From a virus (lineage: Duplodnaviria; Caudoviricetes), in IMG/VR virus record IMGVR_UViG_3300041964_000148: DNA of 64,000 nucleotides, one strand, 5' to 3'. The notes under the pieces are model-generated. The model searched no databases and was not told the origin of the DNA. It worked only from the letters and a program-made list of their open reading frames with translations. Shown in pieces: positions 30,572-39,397 of the stretch. Both the position numbers and the translations under genes were made by a program. The number at the start of each line of letters is the position of its first letter. Position 1 is the first letter of the stretch.

Positions 30572-31318
30572 TTAGTTTTCAGAACTTAACAAGAGTCTTT
30601 CTGCTGCTTGAATAACAGCTTCAAATGGATGTACATCATTCCGATCAACTAGCCTCACGATCAAGTCTTCCATTGATGTCAAACAAACAAGTTGTTCTGC
30701 TTCGAGAAAGTCTCTTAACTGAGAGCGATCACATCCCAACTCTTCCGCTGCTTTCTTAGCAATCTTGCCCAGCACAACAATATTAGTTTTGTCTGTGCAG
30801 TTTTTAAACAACCATTTTTTGTTATTTTCACTCAGTTCCGGATGGCGTTTGATGTAATCGGAGATTGCCATGACAAGTGACTTCCGAACAATCTTCCCGT
30901 CAATCCGAATCTTCATTTTCTTTTGATAGTCTTCTTCTTTGCGTTCAATGGCAAAAGCCTTGTCTGCTCGACGCTCAATTGACTCGGCAACACAGGCTCC
31001 TAGTATCCTGATTGCCTTAGCATTTCCTGCCAAAGCCTCTTTTACCCAGTATGCGCTGGCAATCTCAACGGGAACCAAATTAACAGTGGTTTTCTCCCCT
31101 TCAACCTTGCCTTTCTGACACGTAAACTCCTTGAAGGGTAGAGCCTCTGGCGATTTAGAGCCTAAAAAGTCTGACACGCTCTGTCGCTTTTTGTCAACAG
31201 CTTCTGCTAGTTGAGTTTGACTAAGCTTATAGCTTGCGTCAGGTAGCTGGAATACATCGAGAGGGATATCTCCCATTGAGATAACATTACGGACTACTCG
31301 TACTGTAGAATCATTCAT
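30572..31318 (-). CDS. Phage antirepressor-like DNA-binding protein (cyanobacterial P63C/KilA-C-like)
   Basis: LDVFQLPD..YKLSQTQLAEAV, AYW..EA..GN.KA, ESIERRAD.AF, R.DGK.VRKSL..AI.DY, LRD. Confidence 0.6.
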   Translation of the reverse strand: MNDSTVRVVRNVISMGDIPLDVFQLPDASYKLSQTQLAEAVDKKRQSVSDFLGSKSPEALPFKEFTCQKGKVEGEKTTVNLVPVEIASAYWVKEALAGNAKAIRILGACVAESIERRADKAFAIERKEEDYQKKMKIRIDGKIVRKSLVMAISDYIKRHPELSENNKKWLFKNCTDKTNIVVLGKIAKKAAEELGCDRSQLRDFLEAEQLVCLTSMEDLIVRLVDRNDVHPFEAVIQAAERLLLSSEN

Positions 31319-31744
31319 GTTAGATGCCAGCTTGTTTCTGGCAGATAGCCCAGTCAAACGCGGAAGAGGATGTCCCCACATTCTCTGACCCGCGACTGGA
31401 AATACTTCTTCATTCTACTTTTAATTGATAAATAAAACCGTCTAATTAATAACAATTAAAACAAAATAGCCCCCAGTGAAATCCATCACTGGGGGCTATC
31501 TGTTGAAGCTTCTTTTTGAAAGTCTACGGCGACATAGCGCACGTTTAATTAATAATATTCGGTTGTTTAATACTGATTAAATCTAAACCCAAATGCTACA
31601 TAATGTGCATCGCGGTAGACTTTGTTTTATATATCTATGATAACACTTAATTACGGTATTGTGTAACTAAATATACAAAAAGCTTGTAATATGACGTATT
31701 TAAGGTCATAATAGTATTATAACAAGTATTCCACACATAACCCC

Positions 31745-33556
31745 ATGAATATCCAAGACCTGCGCGATATCGTCGCGCAAATCAACGCTGCTCATCCAAC
31801 CCAAAACGGCGACTTTCCTCTTCTCTTGGAGAGCAAGGATGGCTGGCTCACAATCACATTTATGACCTACGACGATATAAAAATTCGTCTGCATCATCAT
31901 TGTGCTTTTGAGGAAGACTGGGTTGCGATCGCACAATTCTACGAGTTGTCGAACGTCGCATGGAACTTATCTGACCTGGCAGATCATTATGTAGTCTCCA
32001 TTGCTCCAAGCAATGGAAAACTAAATATTGAATCCGTAGGAAGCAAAACTAGTGTAGGCTATACCTCAGATTGGCTAGAAGACGTTCATATACAAATGTC
32101 ATGCCTGTTCATGAACTTCTCTGATCAATTCATGAGAAAGAAGCGCAAGCTACACGTATATACCTACCTTGACAAACTTGTTTGGAAAGCCGAAGAAACC
32201 TTAGAAGCATTAGAAGATCTCTTCTTCGATGAAGAGGAATTTGAAGCCTATCACGAAGTTGCGATCTCTGGAGGCTACTGGTTTCACCTACAAGGAGCCG
32301 CGCTTGTTGCACGGCAGAACGAAGTCCGTAAAAAAGCTAAATATCCCGTCCTTTGTGGGATTAACATCTCTGCCGTAAACAACAACCTGGAGATATCGGC
32401 AATGTGTCCGACCTCCACAACTTTCCGATTGCTCTGGGAGGATGTTCCCTATTGGGAACACTTCAGTTTCACAATCCCATCGGAATTGGTTGATCAAATC
32501 AGCCAAGCCGTTGACACATCCATGATCGACTCAGTAGTGTTTTTCGTCAACCCCGAACTTATCAAAGTAAAGGTGTTGTACACAAAGCGCATTGTCGATA
32601 ATGGACAAGCTGCCCTGATGGGTGCAGCCTACTTCTTCGTAAAACCTGTCAAGGGGCGATACTTTTACCCTAAGGTACCCGTTAATCAAATGACCGAGAA
32701 ATCGGTTGCAGTGAGCAAGCTACTTCTAGAGGAGGCGATCTCATCCGCTGGGAAAGGATCGCGAGATCCTCAATGCAATGAAGTGATAATTCAAGTCCAA
32801 GACGAAAAGTTGCTCGTCCACGGACGCAAAAATAGTTTCCAGGTCGATGCAGCCGACTGCATTGGAGTCGCAGACGCGGAAATCCGCATCTGCGGAGTAA
32901 AGTTCCTGGATCTGCTCAAATACACCCAAAAGCAGGATGCTGTCCTCCTCCTGGACTTCCCAGCGAAGCTTACCCAAGCCTTAATGGTAAGGACTTTCTC
33001 CGACACTCAATACCTAGTGTTCGGACTGGTGAAGGGCGATCGCGTTATTTCATCAGAAATGGACATAAAGGAGCAACTACTAACTATCCCTGGAATATGT
33101 CCAGGGGAGCCAGACGTAGTGCTGCAACTATTCGAGGAACTTATCCTCGAACCGCCCTTGCCTGAAGCTGATCGGCTCTATTCAAAGGAAAATCTGCTCC
33201 AAATCCATTCGCGATTTGGAAAAGACAGGGAATTTACGATGGCTATCGATGAGATGTACGAGAGTCTCATTGATGCCAGAAATATCTTAGAAGAATGCCC
33301 TCCCTGTCCGGAGATGGACGCTTTAATTCAATCACTCAGGTCGTTGCTCGACGACCACGAGGGCAACCTCGCCGATTACGAGGCGGGTCATACCGAAGAC
33401 CTATACTGTCACGGGGGACTCAATAAAGAAGCCCTAGAAGTCGAGGTTGAGCTAAAGAGAGACATTGCAAACCTTGCCAAACTACTGGCAGGACGAGTAC
33501 AAGAAGTTGTGTTCTTAGTTGAAAAAACATACAGCGTCCGCATGACGTTTGTTTAA
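31745..33556 (+). CDS. Divergent DnaN (beta sliding clamp)-like protein with acidic C-terminal extension
   Basis: YPVLCGINI, FTIP..L, GRYFYP..P, V.VSK..L..AI, I.I...FLDLLK, YLVFGL follow the beta-clamp domain II/III pattern. Confidence 0.55.
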   Translation: MNIQDLRDIVAQINAAHPTQNGDFPLLLESKDGWLTITFMTYDDIKIRLHHHCAFEEDWVAIAQFYELSNVAWNLSDLADHYVVSIAPSNGKLNIESVGSKTSVGYTSDWLEDVHIQMSCLFMNFSDQFMRKKRKLHVYTYLDKLVWKAEETLEALEDLFFDEEEFEAYHEVAISGGYWFHLQGAALVARQNEVRKKAKYPVLCGINISAVNNNLEISAMCPTSTTFRLLWEDVPYWEHFSFTIPSELVDQISQAVDTSMIDSVVFFVNPELIKVKVLYTKRIVDNGQAALMGAAYFFVKPVKGRYFYPKVPVNQMTEKSVAVSKLLLEEAISSAGKGSRDPQCNEVIIQVQDEKLLVHGRKNSFQVDAADCIGVADAEIRICGVKFLDLLKYTQKQDAVLLLDFPAKLTQALMVRTFSDTQYLVFGLVKGDRVISSEMDIKEQLLTIPGICPGEPDVVLQLFEELILEPPLPEADRLYSKENLLQIHSRFGKDREFTMAIDEMYESLIDARNILEECPPCPEMDALIQSLRSLLDDHEGNLADYEAGHTEDLYCHGGLNKEALEVEVELKRDIANLAKLLAGRVQEVVFLVEKTYSVRMTFV

Positions 33557-33651
33557 AAAAAGCCCCATCACATAAGCTTGTGATGGGGCTTTTTAATTTA
33601 AAGTAACGTATATTGTTACAATATAAGAATATCAGTCACTAAGCAAAAATA

Positions 33652-33867
33652 ATGAGCAACAGTTCTCACAAGGTAGAAGTAATAGTAGGACTCAATACCC
33701 TCCTAAGTGTTAACGTTGAAGTCCCAGGTGTTCAAGGAGAACCAGACTGGGATGAAGCAAAGAAGCTTGCTTTGCAGAAGGTAAGGAAGCTATTCCTTGA
33801 TTGGCTACAGAACCCAGAAAATGAAGTATCTTTCGACATTTCTGATTGCAATGAGATAAAAGACTAA
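33652..33867 (+). CDS. Small hypothetical cassette protein
   Basis: TGTTACAAT at 33613 and AAGCAAAAATAATG leader. Confidence 0.75.
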   Translation: MSNSSHKVEVIVGLNTLLSVNVEVPGVQGEPDWDEAKKLALQKVRKLFLDWLQNPENEVSFDISDCNEIKD

Positions 33868-33936
33868 TCTAGCCCCATCACAGACCCCTGTGGTGGGGTT
33901 TTCGCTTGCACTTGTGATAAATTTGTTACAATGAAG

Positions 33937-34340
33937 GTAGGACCATGCTTTTACAAAGCAATTAAGGCAAAGCAAATAGCCTTCGAGAGAGTGATTTCCC
34001 CGCCTCTTGTTCACAGTCTCGGAACAGATCAAGAACCACTAAATCGTGTCGAAACTGTGGACAGGACGAGGGGAAACCCTTGTCAGATGCCAGTGGTAAG
34101 CCTACAACTAACTCCACTGGCACTGGCTCACAAACACAGTCAGGAGCTATTTAATGCTATCAGCATCAGCCGCTTTCATTGCTAGCGCATTTTTTTTGTT
34201 GGGAATGCCCTTATGCGGCTTCTCTGTTTCCGATCTCACGGAGTGCGAACTCCATCCTGATCGGAAAGGGTGCAACCGAGTCATATAGTGCGTTAAGCAA
34301 ATAGAAATGAACAAACCCGCAGATCAAATCCTGCGGGTTT
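33937..34340 (+). ncRNA. Candidate structured non-coding RNA
   Basis: Cassette promoter at 33923 with no credible ORF; several stems and two GNRA-capped hairpins; terminator at about 34313-34340. Confidence 0.45.
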
Positions 34341-34364
34341 CCTATTGTCCTTAAAGAGAAAAAA

Positions 34365-36593
34365 ATGAAGTCTCAAATTCAGTCTTCTTGGTTAGAATAT
34401 CACACTTGGGAAACCTCCCGGTGGAGATCGGCGATAAAAAGACATAAGATGTCAGCGCCGATGCGAGTCGCATTGAAGCATCGCATCATTACGACTGACA
34501 CAAGCGTGTTGGATTTCGGATGTGGGTATAACACCGATGCGATCGCCCTTAAAGAGATGGGGATTAAAGCAGAGGGCTTCGACCCTTACTATCGGAATGA
34601 CCCATCTTTATTGCAACCCGCCGACGTGGTGAGTTGCATCTACGTTCTCAACACAATTGAACGAGCCTGGGAAATCCCAGAAGTAGTTCAGTTCTGTTGG
34701 GAATTAGCCCGCGAGTCAGTTTTCCTGGCAGTTCGCCCAGGTCACGACAAGGACGAATACACAAAGCTGGACACGCACCAGCATTACTGGAAGCCCAGCA
34801 GTTGGCAAAAGTTCATTCAAGAAGACCTCGGCTACGATGCCGAATTTCCTGAATTATGTATCGCGCTGATACAAAAACCCTTAACAATTTGTTACAATGG
34901 AAATGTACACGACAATATTTCAACCACAAGCAATATGAACATGAACGTTAAAGACTTGAGAAAGTTCTTGTCAGTTGTGCCTGACAAAGAGCAAGACGGT
35001 ACAACCCCCATCACATTGGAGTACGAGCATGGGATGCTCCATCTGACGTATCGAAAGAATGGGATGCTCATCAAATTGCCCTATGCCCTGAATGGGGCAG
35101 ATGATAAATGGTCAACAATTGTTGACCATGCCGCCTTATTTAAGGCGATCTCATCGATCAAAAGCACAGAGGGTATAAGCCTCTCGATCGACAAGGGTGA
35201 CTTAATTGTCACCGTTGGCAAAGATAACAGGAAAGTCTCGGTCAGTCCGTGGGGAAAACAACTCCACGATTTTGATCCAGAGGAGATGGAACTTGATAGC
35301 CAATCTATCGTTTGTTTAGAAAAGCATTGGGCTGACCTTGTAGCTGCGGCAAAGGTAGCAAGATCAAATAAAAAGGGAGTAAATCCCGAAATTGTGGGAA
35401 AGGCAGTACAAATTGAAGCTTCTGGCGAGTTCCTTTCCGTCTCAGCTTGGTCTGAGTCGGTCACGACTCACAGGACGTTTCCTCTTCAAGGGAAACTCAC
35501 TGAGAACAGAAGCTTTGTTCTCCCGCTAGAGGCTATCGAAGCCATAAGCGCAATGAAGTCATCACAAATTACGATGACTCTCAACTATACCTTCGATCAA
35601 TTAATGATTGAAACCGATATTGGATATGTCCTTGTAGACATACCACAAACTAAGTATCCCTTAACGGACGGGATAGGAAAAGGTGGCTTCCACGAAGCCA
35701 CCGTAGAGGTGAAGAAGAAAGACCTCTTGGCGGCGATCAAAGCTGCCGTTGAGGCAGGAGCCAAGAATGTCACCCTGGTATTCGACAACGAGATAATTGT
35801 TGTGGAAGCCGCAAAAACGAAGAAGCAGGAAATCCCTGCCGAAATTGCCGAAGGCAAGAAGAAATTCACTGCCAGCGTCAAAATCGCAGCGGGCGCCCTC
35901 TTAGACGCGCTAAAAGTTATCGGCGCGGCAAAAGTGTTCCTGCATTTCCCATCCGCTGGAAACGCAACCAGCTTTTTAATGAACACCGTAACGGGTGCTA
36001 TGTATGTATTTGCCGCCACTGTCAAGGTGGCAGCTTGCGTAATAGAAACAGCAGCAGATGTGCTGCAAAATCCTGAACCGAAGCGAGAAGTTATCGTGGC
36101 AGGGAAAAATAGTGACGGCTCCGGTTTTGTGCTAGAAGCCGTCGAAGCTTCCCCCCTCCAGAAGGATCTCACTCCTGAAGAGGTGGAAGAAAACCGCGCC
36201 AAACTTGAGCAAAAGTATGGCAGCAAAAGTATGGCTGATGTCGCAGAAGCCGCACTGGAAGTCGCTGATCTCCGCGAAAAGGTTCGCGGAATCACCGAAG
36301 ATATCAATACGGAAATTGAGAAACTGCGATCGCTTCCTCAGGATGTCGCAACAGTTCAGCGTATCGCCGAGTTGCTAGTTCTCTACAAGAGGCTATCAAG
36401 TATAGTCTCGGACGCAGAGAACGCTGAGGCGGCTCTCGACCTAGATACATATGTCTCAGAGTTCTCCTTGGAGGGATTAAAGGAAATCTCTTTCAAGTTG
36501 ACTTGGTGGGGTGGTCGCACCGTAACCTTCCTCTTTGCGGAGGAAGCCCAATGGTTGCCTCGAATGAGGTTCACTGAGCCAGTCGCCCACTAA
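34365..36593 (+). CDS. Fusion ORF: dnd-associated methyltransferase domain (aa about 20-170) plus DnaN-like domain (internal start about 34934)
   Basis: SAIKR..MSAPMRVAL, VLDFGCG, GFDPYY, ADVV...YVLNTIE match the DNA-phosphorothioation-associated MTase. From MNVKDLRKF it is paralogous to 31745..33556. Confidence 0.7.
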   Translation: MKSQIQSSWLEYHTWETSRWRSAIKRHKMSAPMRVALKHRIITTDTSVLDFGCGYNTDAIALKEMGIKAEGFDPYYRNDPSLLQPADVVSCIYVLNTIERAWEIPEVVQFCWELARESVFLAVRPGHDKDEYTKLDTHQHYWKPSSWQKFIQEDLGYDAEFPELCIALIQKPLTICYNGNVHDNISTTSNMNMNVKDLRKFLSVVPDKEQDGTTPITLEYEHGMLHLTYRKNGMLIKLPYALNGADDKWSTIVDHAALFKAISSIKSTEGISLSIDKGDLIVTVGKDNRKVSVSPWGKQLHDFDPEEMELDSQSIVCLEKHWADLVAAAKVARSNKKGVNPEIVGKAVQIEASGEFLSVSAWSESVTTHRTFPLQGKLTENRSFVLPLEAIEAISAMKSSQITMTLNYTFDQLMIETDIGYVLVDIPQTKYPLTDGIGKGGFHEATVEVKKKDLLAAIKAAVEAGAKNVTLVFDNEIIVVEAAKTKKQEIPAEIAEGKKKFTASVKIAAGALLDALKVIGAAKVFLHFPSAGNATSFLMNTVTGAMYVFAATVKVAACVIETAADVLQNPEPKREVIVAGKNSDGSGFVLEAVEASPLQKDLTPEEVEENRAKLEQKYGSKSMADVAEAALEVADLREKVRGITEDINTEIEKLRSLPQDVATVQRIAELLVLYKRLSSIVSDAENAEAALDLDTYVSEFSLEGLKEISFKLTWWGGRTVTFLFAEEAQWLPRMRFTEPVAH

Positions 36594-36623
36594 AAAAACT
36601 CATCACGGTTCTCCGTGATGAGT

Positions 36624-36662
36624 AAAAACCCCCTTAGATCTAGAAAGATCTAAGGGGGTTTT
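36624..36662. terminator. Bidirectional terminator
   Basis: AAAAACCCCCTTAGATCT-agaa-AGATCTAAGGGGGTTTT. Confidence 0.85.
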
Positions 36663-36682
36663 GCTTTGGGAACGCAAATCAC

Positions 36683-37321
36683 CTAAAACTTATCCGTCTC
36701 ACAGCCCCAAACATCCCATCCAGGACGTTCTTGCCTTGCGAATAAGTCAATTTTGGAGCCACCTAACGCTTCAGATACGCGATCGCACAATTGATAGAAT
36801 TCTTCAGGTTTCTGGCTATGCTCCCTGCGAGGAGACAGAATGGCGTTGGGTACATTGCGGATTCCTAATGACATAAATGTCTTAGGCTTCCCTTTTGTTG
36901 CTACGAGGAAATGCTCAGTACAATTCCTCCCGTAGTGACCGATGCCGATCCGAATCTTCGGGTCTTCTTCTGTTGATGCCTTGGTTGTCTTCAGCCAGGT
37001 ATAGATTTGCTTGTAGGCAAATCCCCAGGATTCTATACACCGAAATCCTAATGGCAAGTGCTGGTTAGTAACCCAGAGGAATAAATACGCATTGTCAGCA
37101 GCGATCGCACCTACTGGCATTTTCACAATATCCTCATCACTTAAGTTTGGATAAGGTGTCCGCCCTCTGTGAGACTCATCAGTCTCTCGAAGATTAAATT
37201 GCCAGGGAGGATCAATCGAAATGATTGAGTATTCTCCAGATGGCAACGAAGGGAAAGGAGTCAGCAAATTTACAGCTATATTAAGCTTGAGCTGACCCCT
37301 GGCATCGGTTGGTAGGTACAT
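36683..37321 (-). CDS. MT-A70 family adenine methyltransferase
   Basis: IISIDPPW, LFLWVTN, WGF.Y, G.G.Y.RN.TEH.L, REHSQKPEEFY, IDLFARQERPGWDVWG. Confidence 0.92.
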   Translation of the reverse strand: MYLPTDARGQLKLNIAVNLLTPFPSLPSGEYSIISIDPPWQFNLRETDESHRGRTPYPNLSDEDIVKMPVGAIAADNAYLFLWVTNQHLPLGFRCIESWGFAYKQIYTWLKTTKASTEEDPKIRIGIGHYGRNCTEHFLVATKGKPKTFMSLGIRNVPNAILSPRREHSQKPEEFYQLCDRVSEALGGSKIDLFARQERPGWDVWGCETDKF

Positions 37322-37406
37322 ATTTTATTTGCGAATTTATAGCAATTGTAACATAATACGCTACTCTGTTTTTACTCTGTTTTTATATAAGTCATTGTTG
37401 ACGTAG

Positions 37407-37721
37407 ATGAAGGAAAATAGGCGAGACTGGCGGACGTGGAAAGGCGATCGCACAATCAAGGAATTCTGGAGAGGCGTTCTACGCTCGGTTTCTGATCAAC
37501 AAGAGGATATCCTGGTGGCGATCGCGGACAAGCTTCTTCAACCAAAAGAAATTGCCAACAAAGTGAATACTTCCCAGCAAACGGTAAGTAGCCAGCTTGG
37601 CAAGCTCTATGAGCTGGAACTGGTGGATAATATCCAATTTGGGCGTAATACCTACTATCACGTCAAGGAAGATGCATTGATTGAGATACTCATTGAGAAG
37701 TGTGCCGAGCGTGAGCAGTGA
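37407..37721 (+). CDS. ArsR/MarR-type winged-helix regulator
   Basis: PKEIANKVNTSQQTVSSQLGKLYELELV....GRNTYY. Confidence 0.85.
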   Translation: MKENRRDWRTWKGDRTIKEFWRGVLRSVSDQQEDILVAIADKLLQPKEIANKVNTSQQTVSSQLGKLYELELVDNIQFGRNTYYHVKEDALIEILIEKCAEREQ

Positions 37722-37851
37722 ACACGAACCTCTGTGTTACGCAAAAAGGCAGACTCATCAACATGATGAATCTGCCTTTTGCTACCTATAGCGGAATTGC
37801 ACCGCCCTCTTCTTCAGTTTGAAGACTCGCACTTGCGTTCGGGTGTTTTTT

Positions 37852-38868
37852 CTATGCAATTGATGCATAGAACGATTTAATCTTGGCTACGACCAGCTCT
37901 TTATCGGTCGCATTTTTGTACTCGGCAATGCTTTTCGCTTCAACTTTGTTGATGCGATCGCAATGACCAATCGCTTCCTTTATCGTCCATTTTTGCATGG
38001 CTCGATTCGAGGGTTTGCGCGGGAATTTCTTCTTATCTTTGGCTTTGACCAAGGGTGATTCCAGCGTAGCGGATGCAGGTGTTGCATCCAAGATTACTGG
38101 AAACGGAGATACAGTCTCGCGGACTGCATACCCTTGGGCAACCTCAATCGCTAAATCGGGGTTAATTTCACACTGAGGATAAGTCAGCATGGTTTCCTGT
38201 CCCTGCTCGGTGACAGGGACAGGGAGGTTGCGGAGGATGTATTCCTCCAGTGTTTGGCGGGACTTAGCAGCAAATTGCCGCTCTAAGCCCTGCCGGAACG
38301 TTTTGAGGTCGAGTTGCTCGACTTCGCTTTCTTTCTGCACTACAGCAGGAATGTAGCTAGGAGTCCAGTCATCTATTGCTGGCTCCAGCTCCATTTCAAT
38401 CCCTGTCATCGCCATGAGCGTGAAAGCGCCCATTGCAATAACAGAAGATGAGATTGCAGTGGCAGGTTCTAGAACTTCTACTTCGGGGAAGTAGTTGATG
38501 GACTCTTGAGGCTTACTAAATGCCTCTTTAACACTTTCATAAAAGACCCAGACATAGGTCATGGGTACTGCGATTGTGTGAGTGATCACACCTAGGATTG
38601 CAAGCAACGTGCCTGCGACCCATAACAACGGAATCGCTGCTACAGTCACCACTAGGGTGGTAGACGCGCATAGCATCCCGGTCACACCTTCAACCAGATC
38701 CTCTGTGCCTCGGTAGACACGATTGGAGGACAGGTTGAAATTGTCGATGCAGTGGTTGATCCTTACTTTAATCTGGTTTGCAACTTCTTCCCCTTTAACG
38801 AGAAAGAAATCGCAAGCTGCTCCTACGGACTTCCGTAGGGATTTAATCGCACAAGTGATTGCGTTCAT
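37852..38868 (-). CDS. Hypothetical membrane protein
   Basis: Hydrophobic segments at aa about 65-110; AAGGA RBS; promoter variant TGTTATAAT. Confidence 0.7.
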   Translation of the reverse strand: MNAITCAIKSLRKSVGAACDFFLVKGEEVANQIKVRINHCIDNFNLSSNRVYRGTEDLVEGVTGMLCASTTLVVTVAAIPLLWVAGTLLAILGVITHTIAVPMTYVWVFYESVKEAFSKPQESINYFPEVEVLEPATAISSSVIAMGAFTLMAMTGIEMELEPAIDDWTPSYIPAVVQKESEVEQLDLKTFRQGLERQFAAKSRQTLEEYILRNLPVPVTEQGQETMLTYPQCEINPDLAIEVAQGYAVRETVSPFPVILDATPASATLESPLVKAKDKKKFPRKPSNRAMQKWTIKEAIGHCDRINKVEAKSIAEYKNATDKELVVAKIKSFYASIA

Positions 38869-39025
38869 GGTTATTCCTTAGTTAAGTATTTGAGGCGCTT
38901 TGAAGAGAACTGCCTCGTTATCCTTCAATTATAACAATAAATACGTCAATCTGTCTATGCCTATTGCTATTTAATACAAAGTACGTCATAATAGTATATA
39001 GAGAGTAATAAAGCTTAAGCAAATC

Positions 39026-39316
39026 ATGCCCAAAATAATTGAAAGCGCCATTGATGCCGTGCATCACTGGAAAGTTCTTTATGTTATCGCTTGCGGCTTA
39101 ACCGCATTAGCGATATGCGAAACCATTAGTAGCTTGCATTACAGCAAGCCAGGGCGGCTAATCTGCAACACAGAACCCATCTGGGAGCTAGCCCTAAGTA
39201 ACGTGTCTTGGTGCGTATTCTCACTGCTTTTCCAAGTTTTTATGCCGCAATCGTTGGCATGGATTCTAGGAGAACTCGCATCGGAAGCTTTCCTTCTTTG
39301 GTTGCGATCATTCTAA
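39026..39316 (+). CDS. Small membrane protein
   Basis: 2-3 hydrophobic segments; AAGCAAATCATG leader. Confidence 0.65.
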   Translation: MPKIIESAIDAVHHWKVLYVIACGLTALAICETISSLHYSKPGRLICNTEPIWELALSNVSWCVFSLLFQVFMPQSLAWILGELASEAFLLWLRSF

Positions 39317-39397
39317 AGCAAAGCCCTCATTGATGTATTTCAATGAGGGCTTTGTGCTTTTGTTACAATGGAAGAGGAAGTTTAGCAAAATAAATAA

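Larger units (their letters stand above)
1311..39369. promoter_or_regulatory. Dispersed promoter/leader family TGTTACAAT-N20-35-AAGCAAAA(C/T)CATG (about 25 copies)
   Basis: Minus-strand copies near 1311, 1869, 2929, 4020, 10568, 11837, 12808, 13565, 15583, 17401, 18286, 21605, 22246, 24556, 25775, 28833, 30498, 37344; plus-strand copies near 33613, 33923, 34890, 39361. Confidence 0.85.

Noticed and set aside
33931-34185. 84-aa ORF
   Set aside because: Its ATG lies within the -10 box of the promoter, and the region is better explained as structured RNA.
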